Virus record (IMG/VR): IMGVR_UViG_3300035208_004396
Direction: 5' to 3' (one strand)
From: a virus
Lineage: Duplodnaviria; Caudoviricetes
DNA: 64,000 nt
Shown: positions 40,313 to 50,640 of the stretch, piece by piece
Position numbering within the stretch: the first letter of the stretch is position 1
Layout of the letters: each line of letters starts with the position of its first letter
The notes under the pieces: generated by a model
Told to the model about the DNA's origin: nothing
Databases searched by the model: none
Seen by the model: only the letters and a program-made list of their open reading frames with translations
Made by a program: the position numbers and the translations under genes

Positions 40313-41788
40313 CTTATTTAAGCCATTACTTACACAAGTTAAAACTATAGAATAAGTATTTCCCTTAGCATAAAGATGTTGTATACGAGTAATTATATAA
40401 TTACCATCGTTGACTTTATCTTGATTCGATGAATTAGTTTCGAAATATATCTGTATACAATCCCCAAGATTTAATGTATTGCTAGGATTATCTAAATAAG
40501 CTTTATCCTGTTTATTAACAGTATATGAAATCTGAATGAAATTAGCAAAAAATGACAAATAATTTAATTGGTTTATATTTGGAGACACATCATAATGATC
40601 ATGATGATCTGGCCAATGTATTACTCCTTCCTGCCTAGAATAACTCGGATAAATACCTTTATTATTCAAAATATTATCATTTTTACATTGTGGACAAAGC
40701 CAGTGCCCATTTTTAATCAAATTTAGATCTTTATTCGGTAATGTATACTCACATTTATCGCATTTAATTTCATTTTTATCAAAATTCTTAAAAGATGAAT
40801 ATTTAGCCGGACCTATATCATTAGATGTACTAGTAAATGATCTTTTATTCATCAATAAATTTATACCCGAAACAATATCTTTAACATTAACACTATCATT
40901 AATTTCGAATTCTGTAGTATTTAACGTTTCCGTTGTATCTAATATAGTAGTTGTAACATTATAACCATACTTATTACGAATCAAACCAGTGTTATTGCCC
41001 ATATTAACAGAATCATATACAATATAAGTAGCTTTATTCCATTCTTTATTCTTTTGAGCTAAAGTTTGTTTATAAGCTTGATTTATAAATGTAAAAGTCG
41101 GATTTCTTGTACTCATTTTTAGCAAGGTATCAGCTTTCACATCACCATTTATAGTAGTATACACTATTAAAGAATCTGAATTGCTTATAAACGAATGTTC
41201 TAAAACTTTTTCTATGAAATTTTTATAAGAGTTATTGGCATTAAGCCATAATTGTCTATCATTGGTTGATATATCGTTTCTATAAAAAGTCAAGCCCAAA
41301 CTGTTATATAATTGTTCCAACACTTCTATTGAAGTTTCCTGATGATATGAGATATAACGAACATAATTGTTAAACATTTCAGTATTAACTAAAGAACAGA
41401 TGATTTGGTAATGATAATCACCTATACCATTAGAAATATCAGTTTGAATGCTTAAAATGGTCAATTTAGTTTCAATAGAAATGGGTGGTTTTGTATCCGA
41501 ATTTGCCGATCCGATGAATAATTTAGCATAAATAATATCCCCTATTTTCAAAGGTCTTAAATAAGAGTATTTGCCCGAATCTTCTAAGGTTAATATAACT
41601 TTTGGCAAACTAGATAACAGGTTTTCATCAAATTCAACTTTTATTATATCATCTAAATTGAATCTAGCTCCAGAAGAATCGGGATTATATAATCTTAGAT
41701 CTAGATCTACAGTAGAAGCTAGGTTCGGATTAATTTCCCGATTCGAATATAATGCTTCTTCTGTATTTTCAGAATTGAAATTGCCCAT
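40298..41788 (-). CDS. baseplate hub (gp27-like) with zinc-ribbon insert
   Basis: DENLLSSLP...L.D; LNLGD.I...GNYIITRIQH; CDKC..CPQC. Confidence 0.55.
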   Translation of the reverse strand: MGNFNSENTEEALYSNREINPNLASTVDLDLRLYNPDSSGARFNLDDIIKVEFDENLLSSLPKVILTLEDSGKYSYLRPLKIGDIIYAKLFIGSANSDTKPPISIETKLTILSIQTDISNGIGDYHYQIICSLVNTEMFNNYVRYISYHQETSIEVLEQLYNSLGLTFYRNDISTNDRQLWLNANNSYKNFIEKVLEHSFISNSDSLIVYTTINGDVKADTLLKMSTRNPTFTFINQAYKQTLAQKNKEWNKATYIVYDSVNMGNNTGLIRNKYGYNVTTTILDTTETLNTTEFEINDSVNVKDIVSGINLLMNKRSFTSTSNDIGPAKYSSFKNFDKNEIKCDKCEYTLPNKDLNLIKNGHWLCPQCKNDNILNNKGIYPSYSRQEGVIHWPDHHDHYDVSPNINQLNYLSFFANFIQISYTVNKQDKAYLDNPSNTLNLGDCIQIYFETNSSNQDKVNDGNYIITRIQHLYAKGNTYSIVLTCVSNGLNKLNVI

Positions 41789-42699
41789 TATGCTAATGTT
41801 ATCTTGAAACTATAATCGCCTTTATTCCAAGACCCTATTTTTAAGGAATTACATATTCGATATGCTTCTCCTACACTGTTAGGTGCAGAAAACATTCTAT
41901 AATCACTATCGTTTAATAATAACAACCAGGATAAATAATTTAATTTTGAATAAGCATACAGATGACATGATGCTAAAGTCACTTTTAGATCTTTATACCT
42001 AGAATAAACTTCCATAGCTTCATTAGATATGCTAATTGAAGGTTTAGATAAATTCTGCAAATATGAAAAAACTTGATATAAACCTTTATTATCCGTGTTA
42101 TTCTTAATAATTTCGATATATTCATCTGTAAGTTCATCTGTTATTTCATCTATTCCAAGTTGTTTGAACAATGAAAGCATTAAAGATTTACTCATCATTT
42201 TAAATCTATTGTCTTGACCATCACCGAATTTTCCACCTTTACCTTTGACTTCTATTTTTTGATTGGTATCTAAATCTACTAAATCCCCTTTGTCTTTACA
42301 AAAACCTAAATTTACAAATAATGATGCGAAAAGAAATTCACCTCTACCTATTGCAGGTCTATTAGTTGTTACTCTTAAAGCATCAGTGATATATTCGGGT
42401 TTAAGATAACCATCTAGACTGGATTGTTTCAACAGTGATGATAATTTAGCAGGACCATATTCCATAGGTTTAAAATGAGTTTTATATAATTTTTCAAAGA
42501 ATTTATCTGGAAAACCTATCAAATCTTTCTCAATTATCTGAGCATGATCTGTAATAACATTATGTTTACCAGATTTAGTTTCTGTCCATAACTTTGCTAA
42601 TTTTGCTTCTATATTGTCCAAATTTATCTCATTTTTTATCCTTTGCAAGATATCATCGTTAACTTGAACTTCTTTACCATTTACGGATACATTTGGCAT
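41788..42699 (-). CDS. PD-(D/E)xK nuclease-fold protein
   Basis: GRGE...GDL......IEVK. Confidence 0.5.
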   Translation of the reverse strand: MPNVSVNGKEVQVNDDILQRIKNEINLDNIEAKLAKLWTETKSGKHNVITDHAQIIEKDLIGFPDKFFEKLYKTHFKPMEYGPAKLSSLLKQSSLDGYLKPEYITDALRVTTNRPAIGRGEFLFASLFVNLGFCKDKGDLVDLDTNQKIEVKGKGGKFGDGQDNRFKMMSKSLMLSLFKQLGIDEITDELTDEYIEIIKNNTDNKGLYQVFSYLQNLSKPSISISNEAMEVYSRYKDLKVTLASCHLYAYSKLNYLSWLLLLNDSDYRMFSAPNSVGEAYRICNSLKIGSWNKGDYSFKITLA

Positions 42700-42700
42700 A

Positions 42701-42712
42701 TCATATATATGA
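42701..42712. promoter_or_regulatory. palindromic bidirectional late promoter TCATATATATGA
   Basis: CATATATA on both strands, 4 and 5 nt from divergent ATGs. Confidence 0.7.
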
Positions 42713-42714
42713 AT

Positions 42715-45357
42715 ATGGCGAACAGTACAAATTCATCTAATTTAGATTATACTAAGTTGACTCATTCTCAAATAGTAAACGATTTCATTCAACGAGTAAA
42801 AAATGATTCTAGATTTGCCAAATTATCTAATGCTTCGATATTCGTATTATTAACCGAAGCTGTTGCTGGTGTATTTGATATGTCAAATTATTATATTCAA
42901 CGTACTGCCGAAGAAAATTTCATAGACACTGCAAGATTAACTAGTTCTATAATAAAATGGTGTCATAATCTTTCATATCAACCTAGAAGACCTATACCGG
43001 CTCATGCTAATATAGCAGTTCAATTAAAAGGTCCACTACCTATTACTTGTAGTATAGGTGATGTTATTTGGTTCAATACTAATGATATAAACTTCACATA
43101 TTCGGATCATAATTACATATTCCAGAATTCTTATTCTTATACCTTAACTGCTAGTGATATTTCTAATGGTAAAAGTTCTACATGGTCTAAATTAATCAAA
43201 TATGCAATACCTAGTAAAATAAAAGATGGTTATATAGACTTAAATGGGGCAAAAGCATATAAAACAGGTGATCTTGAAGATGTTAAAGTGATTCAAGGTA
43301 CAAGAAAAACTACTACTATTAAAGCTAAAGATTATGTCCATAAAATGAGAAAACAATATCAAAAATATGATATTAACGATCTTAATTTCTCAGATTACAT
43401 TGGCGAACGGGATCCTTTTGCTATCAAAAATGATGTTATTTATCCGGCAAACGGGATTTGTAGAATCGGCTTAAGCAAAGATGTAAATAATCCTTATGAA
43501 AGAACTTTTAATATCGAATTAACTGATATTTATCTTAATTCTTCAGCATTAGCTTATAACGATTCGAATACTACACCAGAAAATCCACTTGATATTTGTA
43601 AGGTTTATTCTAATCAAGATAAAACTGTTAGAATTGAATTCGGTGATGGTGCTATTGCTTCTAACGGGTTCAATAATATAGAAGAAATATTAACAATTTC
43701 TTATTTGAGCACAGATGGTTATGTTGCAAATAAGTCGGGTTCAACAGGAGATCTGATAAAAACATCAAATAAGTTCTATTCTATCGGTACTAACATAACG
43801 AATGTAACTAATAATATTTCGTTTATTTTACAATCTGATATAGCAGGCGGATCTGATTTTGAAAGTGATGAAAAGATGAAAAGAAATGCTAAAATAGCAT
43901 TTTCAAGTCAAAATTCTCTTATTTCATTGCAGGATTATCAATCATTCTTGATGACACTTTCGGATCCTATTAATGTTCAACATGCTTCTGTTGTAAGCGA
44001 ATATAAAACAGAATCTAGCATTACTGGAGAACATCACGAGTTACAAAACGTTTTGCTTTATTCTATTACGAATTCATTTTACAGAAATTCTAAACCTTTG
44101 AATATATTCGATGATCAATATGATACTACGGCATATAGCAATTTAATGCTTTATGACAATAGAACCGAGTATCTCGATCATATTTTAGACACGTATCGCT
44201 TATATAAAGCACCTTATCAGTTCTATTTGACTCAATATGGTGATAATACGAGTTCGTTCAGGTCAAAATTACAGGATATCCAAGGACGAATCAAATATAA
44301 AACAGAAACTAGTTCTAGGTTATATAGTATAATTCCAATAGTTCATTACTTCGATATTGTAGGAAATATAAAAGTTAATAAAACGGCTGATATCGGAACA
44401 ATAAAAAATAACTTGGAAACAGAGATTACTGAATACTTTGACAAAAATGTAACATTTAACACAGAAGTTTATAAAGCCGATCTATCATCTAAAATTCTAA
44501 ATATTGATAATGTTGCAACAGCCACAATAGATATAAAACCATCTAATTTGCTAAAATCACCAGATGTAACTTATAATTTCATATATGGTACTAATTTCGA
44601 ATTGAAGTTAGTTAATTCAACATTAGAAAATAATTACAATATCTTATTACTAGATATAAACACATCTAATGGATCAATTATCAGTGCTGATTTATTAGCT
44701 AATAAAAGATTGAGTATCACCATTTATTATACTAATTCTGCTGGTGTACTGGCGAGTTATAATCTAAATATCATTCCTAAATCGGTAACTGAGTATAATG
44801 GAATAGTAACTATTGTTACACCTAACAATTTCGAAATAGATGGAACTATTAGTTCGGAAAATGAAATGGAATTGTTAGTTGCCGAAGAAGATGATTTAGC
44901 TAGTCTTAGTGCATTATCTCGGGATAGTGTTTATTCTACAGGTACTAACACTATACTAGGATCAGATGTATTAAAGGCTTTGACTAATTATCTTTCTAGC
45001 TTAGATACTAAAGTTACAGCTGATCGAGCAATACCATTGCCATATTATCTTTATGCTTATCCTAAATATGGTCATGCTGAAGAATATAAAAAATTATCTA
45101 ACTCGGATTATAATGTAGCAAAATTCTTATATGAAGGGCTAGATAATATAATAAAATCATTGAATATAACATTAGAATCAACTAATTTAACTAGTTCTAA
45201 TTGGATTATAGTAAATATGATGGTGAAAGATCTATATATGATATTGGCAGCAAGTTTAGCCGATAGCGTATTAGATGAAAATAATAACGTTGTAAATTAT
45301 TCTTTACCTAACGAAATACCAGTTTTCAGATTGAATCAACTTACTTATTCATATTAA
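42715..45357 (+). CDS. baseplate wedge gp6-like
   Basis: LDYTKL, EENFIDTA..SSI...LSYQP, IEFGDG, GGSDFES, QN..IS..DY; start moved to ATG 42715. Confidence 0.85.
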   Translation: MANSTNSSNLDYTKLTHSQIVNDFIQRVKNDSRFAKLSNASIFVLLTEAVAGVFDMSNYYIQRTAEENFIDTARLTSSIIKWCHNLSYQPRRPIPAHANIAVQLKGPLPITCSIGDVIWFNTNDINFTYSDHNYIFQNSYSYTLTASDISNGKSSTWSKLIKYAIPSKIKDGYIDLNGAKAYKTGDLEDVKVIQGTRKTTTIKAKDYVHKMRKQYQKYDINDLNFSDYIGERDPFAIKNDVIYPANGICRIGLSKDVNNPYERTFNIELTDIYLNSSALAYNDSNTTPENPLDICKVYSNQDKTVRIEFGDGAIASNGFNNIEEILTISYLSTDGYVANKSGSTGDLIKTSNKFYSIGTNITNVTNNISFILQSDIAGGSDFESDEKMKRNAKIAFSSQNSLISLQDYQSFLMTLSDPINVQHASVVSEYKTESSITGEHHELQNVLLYSITNSFYRNSKPLNIFDDQYDTTAYSNLMLYDNRTEYLDHILDTYRLYKAPYQFYLTQYGDNTSSFRSKLQDIQGRIKYKTETSSRLYSIIPIVHYFDIVGNIKVNKTADIGTIKNNLETEITEYFDKNVTFNTEVYKADLSSKILNIDNVATATIDIKPSNLLKSPDVTYNFIYGTNFELKLVNSTLENNYNILLLDINTSNGSIISADLLANKRLSITIYYTNSAGVLASYNLNIIPKSVTEYNGIVTIVTPNNFEIDGTISSENEMELLVAEEDDLASLSALSRDSVYSTGTNTILGSDVLKALTNYLSSLDTKVTADRAIPLPYYLYAYPKYGHAEEYKKLSNSDYNVAKFLYEGLDNIIKSLNITLESTNLTSSNWIIVNMMVKDLYMILAASLADSVLDENNNVVNYSLPNEIPVFRLNQLTYSY

Positions 45358-46243
45358 TATCGACATATTCATCAAGATACTTAATATAAAGATCTAAAAT
45401 ATGCTGGAAATCTTCCCCATTTTTGGCATAATATCCCATAGCTCGGTCGTGGCCTCCACCTTCACCTACCTTAGTACTAATAAAGCTAAGAGGGATATCT
45501 TTACTTCGAATAGAGATCTTCAACTTACTTGGCCACACCATGATTAAATATTTTGGATTGAAATCTCGTTGAATATAATAAGATATCTCGGCAAGATGAT
45601 CGACTTCAATGATAAGCATCCCGTTTTTAAGATTTTGAATCGCTAATTTATCATATTCATCTGCCAGAGATTTAGCATAATTAGCTAGAAAATCTTCATC
45701 ATTTTTGTCTAATTTCAAACCAAATGCGAATTTCCAAATGAATTCATTGAAACCAAGATACCAATAAATAGCATTTAACTGGAAAGAAAGCTTATTTTTA
45801 AGAACCCAACGATCATAATCATCAGTAACATCAACTATTTGTTCGAGATAATCTATTTTGAAATACTTTTTATAAAAATCATAAGCTAGTTTAGCACCAC
45901 TTCTGCTTTCATCAATAAATACATTTTCTTTAATATTCAGACATTTTTTTGCTGTTGTATGATGATCCAAAACCAAAACTGGTTTACCTAAATCTTGAAA
46001 ATCTTTTACACTGGTAGTCTTATTAGGACAGAAATCGGTAAAAATAATGCAATCATAATTGGCAATATTATTCCTCGCATAATCCAAAGATTCTTGTTCT
46101 TTTTTATTATAATTGATCATTCGAACATTAATTATGTTATATACTTGTTTAAGAACAATAGCCGAAACGGCTCCATCTAGATCTATGTGAGTAAAATTGA
46201 GAACTTTCAAATCACGATTCAAGAAATAGGTATAATTTTCCAT
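45341..46243 (-). CDS. DHH family phosphoesterase
   Basis: THIDLDG, FTD, LDHH, GGGH. Confidence 0.9.
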   Translation of the reverse strand: MENYTYFLNRDLKVLNFTHIDLDGAVSAIVLKQVYNIINVRMINYNKKEQESLDYARNNIANYDCIIFTDFCPNKTTSVKDFQDLGKPVLVLDHHTTAKKCLNIKENVFIDESRSGAKLAYDFYKKYFKIDYLEQIVDVTDDYDRWVLKNKLSFQLNAIYWYLGFNEFIWKFAFGLKLDKNDEDFLANYAKSLADEYDKLAIQNLKNGMLIIEVDHLAEISYYIQRDFNPKYLIMVWPSKLKISIRSKDIPLSFISTKVGEGGGHDRAMGYYAKNGEDFQHILDLYIKYLDEYVDINMNK

Positions 46244-46283
46244 ATATTATATAATATACTAAATTATTCAAGTTTTCTCAAAT

Positions 46284-46310
46284 AAAAAACCCAGTTAAAA
46301 CTGGGTTTTC
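46284..46310 (-). terminator. intrinsic terminator after uvsX
   Basis: AAAACCCAGTT-AA-AACTGGGTTTT. Confidence 0.75.
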
Positions 46311-46313
46311 ATT

Positions 46314-47507
46314 TTAATTTTCCGGAACTTCTTTTTCTACTTCTATAGGTTCTGGTGTAGATGTATCTTGTTTCTTAGCTTCACGTCTAGCTTTTCTCGC
46401 AGCCCGTTCAGCCTTTTCAGCTTCACTGGCAATATTTTCATCTTCCAGTGTAGGTTCAGCTTTAACAACGTCTCTAGCCAAAGCATCGACATCATTATGA
46501 TAATTGTATTTACACTTGATGAAATCTGAAAATTTAGTATTAGTAAGCAAAGGTTTAACGAATTCTTCTGAGTAAGTTTCTTCTTCCTTGAAAGTTTTCG
46601 TTATTTCACCAGTAGTCTTATCCAAATCGATATCTACTCGATAATATGAACCCGGCTTATCTTTATTAACTACTCCGCTTTCTACTAAGTCATCTAGAAG
46701 GCCAAACCATCTATCAACACCGCGATCTACCATTATTCGGTACTTAACTTTACTGTTTTCGACCGCTTCACGTCCTTTCTTGATCACGGCATTACAGATT
46801 TTGCCCAATACTGTCTTAGTTTCATCATCCTTTACTTTAGCAGCACTATTTACCAAAACGATAGCATCTGAATTGAAATAGAGTTTTGATCCACCCGGAA
46901 TGTTTTTGGGGTCACCATACATTTGCAACGAAGCATAAGTGTGATTGATTACTAATACTGTAAAACCACAAGCATGCATGATGTTAGCTAACTCATTTTT
47001 GAATTTGCTTGTAGAACCCATATCGACTGTACTTGAGCCCTCTTCAGCTTTAGCCATCACCTGGGTCGATACAAGATCGCCCCAAGAATCAAGAAGAACG
47101 AACACATTTTCACGATCCTTCTTCTCTACATCTTTGGCGATATTGGTGAAAATCTCTTTAAGATCGGATATGATTTGAGTATCAAAAATACCTACGTCAT
47201 CCATATTTATCCCCAAAGCATTAGCTATTTTATAATCGAAAGCTCGTTCAGTATCAATTACGAAGCAATCCATTCCCGTACGAAATGCTTCTGCTAGGAA
47301 ATGTAACCCGATGATGGATTTGCCCATCGTACTATCAGCAGCAATTTCGCTGATAGCTCCTCTTTTAATGCCACTATTCATAATTCTACCCGAGAATAGA
47401 ATATCTATAGCTGGAATTGTGGATGAAATGAATGTATCTGGCTTCTTAATAGAGATCATGTCAGCCAGCTTCTTATTACGCATGATGCTCTTAACTAAAT
47501 TAGACAT
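46314..47507 (-). CDS. uvsX: RecA-like recombinase UvsX
   Basis: ADSTMGKS P-loop, IDTERA, LLDS, INH.Y, PGG..LYF. Confidence 0.9.
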   Translation of the reverse strand: MSNLVKSIMRNKKLADMISIKKPDTFISSTIPAIDILFSGRIMNSGIKRGAISEIAADSTMGKSIIGLHFLAEAFRTGMDCFVIDTERAFDYKIANALGINMDDVGIFDTQIISDLKEIFTNIAKDVEKKDRENVFVLLDSWGDLVSTQVMAKAEEGSSTVDMGSTSKFKNELANIMHACGFTVLVINHTYASLQMYGDPKNIPGGSKLYFNSDAIVLVNSAAKVKDDETKTVLGKICNAVIKKGREAVENSKVKYRIMVDRGVDRWFGLLDDLVESGVVNKDKPGSYYRVDIDLDKTTGEITKTFKEEETYSEEFVKPLLTNTKFSDFIKCKYNYHNDVDALARDVVKAEPTLEDENIASEAEKAERAARKARREAKKQDTSTPEPIEVEKEVPEN

Positions 47508-47634
47508 ATTTTACCTTTTTTAATAATAGATTCTTTGAAAATCTGAATCTAGAACGTGATTATATTTGAATATAGTTATATATTTTACTTATTTTCGTTG
47601 AAAATGACCATTTTAGTCACTTCATATATACAAT

Positions 47635-47790
47635 ATGAACGAAGAATTTTCTAATGGTGTAGTTAATACTGGTTTATCGACTGGAGTACCAACTGGCGGT
47701 ATAGGTAAGGGAGCTACGTGTCATCCCGTACCACATTTTCGTGATTTTTATAAGCGAAAGAAGAAAAAGGTAAAAAATGAAAATAAATAA
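47635..47790 (+). CDS. 51-aa late peptide resembling the mature MCP N-terminal arm
   Basis: MNEEFSNGVVNTGLSTGVPTGGIGKGATCHPVPHFRDFYKRKKKKVKNENK; CATATATA-N4-ATG. Confidence 0.75.
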   Translation: MNEEFSNGVVNTGLSTGVPTGGIGKGATCHPVPHFRDFYKRKKKKVKNENK

Positions 47791-48586
47791 CATTTATATT
47801 GATTTAGAAGGTGTTTTAGCTGATTTTTTATGTCAAGCCCATACTTACAATATGGTTAACAGCAAAGGTATAGCAGACTGGAATTCTATACGTGTTGCCG
47901 GTGCTTCATTTTGGCCTACTATGCCCTGGACAAAAAATGGAAAAAGCCTTTTTGATATTTTAGTTCATTTTTGCATAGAAAACAACATCAATTTATGCAT
48001 ATTAGCTATTGCTAATGATGATAGCATGAAATCTGGGAAAACAGATTGGATTAAGAACAATTTGCACATTAACTTGTTAAACGTTCATTTCGTTAAAACT
48101 GGTTTTGATAAATCTAGATTTGCCAATCCTTCTTCCGTATTAATAGATGATTTTTATAAAAATGTTGCTTATTTCAGAGCTAGACAAGGTTATGCGATAT
48201 TATATAAAAATAATCCAGATGACATTATAGTTCAACTCAATAATCTAGTTGCAGGAATAATTCCGGAAAAATATATCGCGGAAGCTATACATGACAAAAA
48301 AGTGATCCGAGATGGTAAAAAAGAGGTTAAAAAAGTAACCGATAGAAAAGGTTATCGTGTAGAATATGATAAAGTTACTAATCTACCTAAAGAAGTAAAA
48401 ATAACTACTAAAGAGAAATTAGCTAGGAAACAGGGTCAAAAAAGTGGCAGTTTGAAACGTTATGGTCAAATTAATGTTATGCAACAGAGACGAGAACGTT
48501 CATTTAAGATACGAGATATGCAAGGTCTGGCACATTACTCTGATAATCATGGTAAAATTATATTACCCAAATTAAAGGACGATTAA
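47777..48586 (+). CDS. HAD 5'(3')-deoxyribonucleotidase-like domain fused to a basic domain
   Basis: IYIDLEGVLADF, K..W, LIDD...N; C-terminal KKVIRDGKK...GYRV. Confidence 0.7.
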   Translation: MKINNIYIDLEGVLADFLCQAHTYNMVNSKGIADWNSIRVAGASFWPTMPWTKNGKSLFDILVHFCIENNINLCILAIANDDSMKSGKTDWIKNNLHINLLNVHFVKTGFDKSRFANPSSVLIDDFYKNVAYFRARQGYAILYKNNPDDIIVQLNNLVAGIIPEKYIAEAIHDKKVIRDGKKEVKKVTDRKGYRVEYDKVTNLPKEVKITTKEKLARKQGQKSGSLKRYGQINVMQQRRERSFKIRDMQGLAHYSDNHGKIILPKLKDD

Positions 48587-48589
48587 ATC

Positions 48590-49165
48590 ATGGCCGGTTT
48601 GACTAATTTTTTCAACATGAAATATAAATCTAATGCTAAATTTCTAGTTTATATAAAAATTGGCACCGGTGATAGATTGTTATTAACTACAGTAAAAGAT
48701 GTTACACTTCCTAAACTAACATTAGGTACATTAGAACTAAAATATGGTAATGTTAATGAAACTGTAATGATTCCGAAATATGGTACTGAAGATTTACAAT
48801 TAGACATCATGGAAGATAGTCATTTTTCTATATATTCTATGATAGTTGCATTAAAACATGAAAATTATGCCCCGTATGATTATGTTAATGCAGGTTATAT
48901 TGGTAGGGATGATGTTAATATAGAAGTTGATGAATTGTCTATGGATAATTCTAGAATTCTTATTAAACATATATTTAATAATTGTAAATTATCAAATAAT
49001 GATGCCTTAGTTTTGGATTATCAGAATACCGGCCCTACATTTTATAATATTTCCTTTGCATATCAAAAATATGTAATTCAATACACAACGGATAATACTA
49101 TGATAAACGATCCATCTTTTCAAAAAAGTATAGTGGATGCTAAACCTATACTAAGTAAATCATGA
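48590..49165 (+). CDS. tail tube-like protein (gp19/gp54 fold)
   Basis: KDVTLPK.......YG, I.ED, H.F.NC, LDY, F.ISFAY. Confidence 0.6.
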   Translation: MAGLTNFFNMKYKSNAKFLVYIKIGTGDRLLLTTVKDVTLPKLTLGTLELKYGNVNETVMIPKYGTEDLQLDIMEDSHFSIYSMIVALKHENYAPYDYVNAGYIGRDDVNIEVDELSMDNSRILIKHIFNNCKLSNNDALVLDYQNTGPTFYNISFAYQKYVIQYTTDNTMINDPSFQKSIVDAKPILSKS

Positions 49166-49608
49166 ATGATTTTTTCCCCGCAACATTGATTACAAATGGT
49201 CATTTTTATGGATTTCAATACAATCCAGCTAATATAGTGCCGAATTATGATGCTTTTCCTCTGATTTATTGTGTTGGGCCATCTTTGACCAATATAAACA
49301 ATATTCGTGGTTTGAATTTACATCATATTCCTAGAACTCAAAGATTTGAATTTTTAAAGAAAATGGAAAAGGAGTACAATTTCACGAATAAATCTCGTTG
49401 TGTTTTGACAGATGACCAATTAAATAGATTATTACCAGGTGTTATAGTAGCAATACGTGAATATAGTAGAAAAAGAATGTGTCAAGTATTCGAAATTTAT
49501 AATAAATCTATGCCCAAATTCATATATTCGGATGGAAATATAAGGCAATGTATTCCCGATCGCGAAGTTATAGATTATTTTGCTAAAAGCAATAATGCTC
49601 ACGTATGA
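49162..49608 (+). CDS. DNA end protector (gp2-like)
   Basis: FYGFQY, YDAFPLI, GLNLHHIP, IREY. Confidence 0.75.
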   Translation: MNDFFPATLITNGHFYGFQYNPANIVPNYDAFPLIYCVGPSLTNINNIRGLNLHHIPRTQRFEFLKKMEKEYNFTNKSRCVLTDDQLNRLLPGVIVAIREYSRKRMCQVFEIYNKSMPKFIYSDGNIRQCIPDREVIDYFAKSNNAHV

Positions 49609-50132
49609 GTGAGAATCTTTCCTAATTCAGAATTGATTTTCTTTACCGAATATAACATAGAAGTAGTTTTAGCATTAGATAGCGCATTTTGTAATCTCAT
49701 ATCACCATTGGCACTCTTAATCCAACTAGAAGTAGAAAAATAAGATAATTTATACCGTAACCATTCTCTAAGTTTAGCCATTAATAGATCCAAATTAGAT
49801 ATCGAATCTTCTTCTTCTGATGTTTCTGGTTCTCTGATTAAATTCCCATTTTTGTCAATCAAACCTAGTTTATAAGCTTTAGTTTGAGTTGGTATAGTCA
49901 TTAAAGACTTTATGAATATGAAAACTAATATATTATCAATCTCTCTACTATGAGTCATCATATTCAATCTTTTATTAGGATCGTTAAGCTTCTCGGAAAT
50001 TAGATTTAAATCCGCATGATATGAACAGTAAAGATTACAATTATTATACAATTTCTGAATGAACTTCAGTCCGCTAAGTTCTGAATCGACTAAACTATTC
50101 AATTTTTCAAAAACGAACTGATCTGTATCCAT
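49599..50132 (-). CDS. conserved T4-like hypothetical protein
   Basis: FIKSL..P..TKAYKLGLIDKNG. Confidence 0.7.
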   Translation of the reverse strand: MDTDQFVFEKLNSLVDSELSGLKFIQKLYNNCNLYCSYHADLNLISEKLNDPNKRLNMMTHSREIDNILVFIFIKSLMTIPTQTKAYKLGLIDKNGNLIREPETSEEEDSISNLDLLMAKLREWLRYKLSYFSTSSWIKSANGDMRLQNALSNAKTTSMLYSVKKINSELGKILTHT

Positions 50133-50133
50133 A

Positions 50134-50559
50134 TTACTTGAAATTTTTCATTAAACTTATTTCGTGATCGTATTCGGTAATGGCATCAGTAAAAAGCTTA
50201 TTGATACTAGAATTATCCTTATATTCATCTTGAACCATCAATGTTTTATCTCTGAAATTAGATAAATCTGATAAAACGGAATTCTTATCGAATTTAGTTA
50301 ATGTTGGCATATCTATATCACCAAAATCGAATTTTGTTTTACCAATACCAACTTCAGTAATAGTATCAGGAAATTCTCTTAACATATTATAAATCTTATT
50401 CAAATGTATGTGTTGTGCATCAGTTTCACAAGTCCAATGCCAAACATTCACCTTAACTGAAAATAATAACGTTTCGATACAATAATCAAACAAATCACGG
50501 TATTCTTCGTTAGCTTCTTCTTTAAGATATTCTGTAAAATCGGTTAATTTTTTATCCAT
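50134..50559 (-). CDS. ferritin/Dps-like four-helix protein
   Basis: VWHW.....QH..L..IY......D...E; GAGG RBS; TATAAATA at 50577-50584. Confidence 0.6.
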   Translation of the reverse strand: MDKKLTDFTEYLKEEANEEYRDLFDYCIETLLFSVKVNVWHWTCETDAQHIHLNKIYNMLREFPDTITEVGIGKTKFDFGDIDMPTLTKFDKNSVLSDLSNFRDKTLMVQDEYKDNSSINKLFTDAITEYDHEISLMKNFK

Positions 50560-50596
50560 TTTTAAGCCTCTAATGTTATTTATAAGATTTGATCTC

Positions 50597-50634
50597 AAGA
50601 AAACCGCTATGTCTTTAGCTTATGGGTGATTCAC
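50597..50634 (+). mobile_element. possible relic IS200/IS605 (TnpB) right end
   Basis: GAAAACCGCTATGTCTTTAGCTTATGGGTGATTCAC resembles the CTTTAG hairpin + TTCAC end. Confidence 0.35.
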
Positions 50635-50640
50635 TATGTT

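Noticed and set aside
42643-42714. ORF-track N-terminal extensions (also 58199, 52167, 54710, 50598, 8806)
   Set aside because: Most overlap neighbouring genes; promoter, RBS or paralogy evidence supports downstream ATGs
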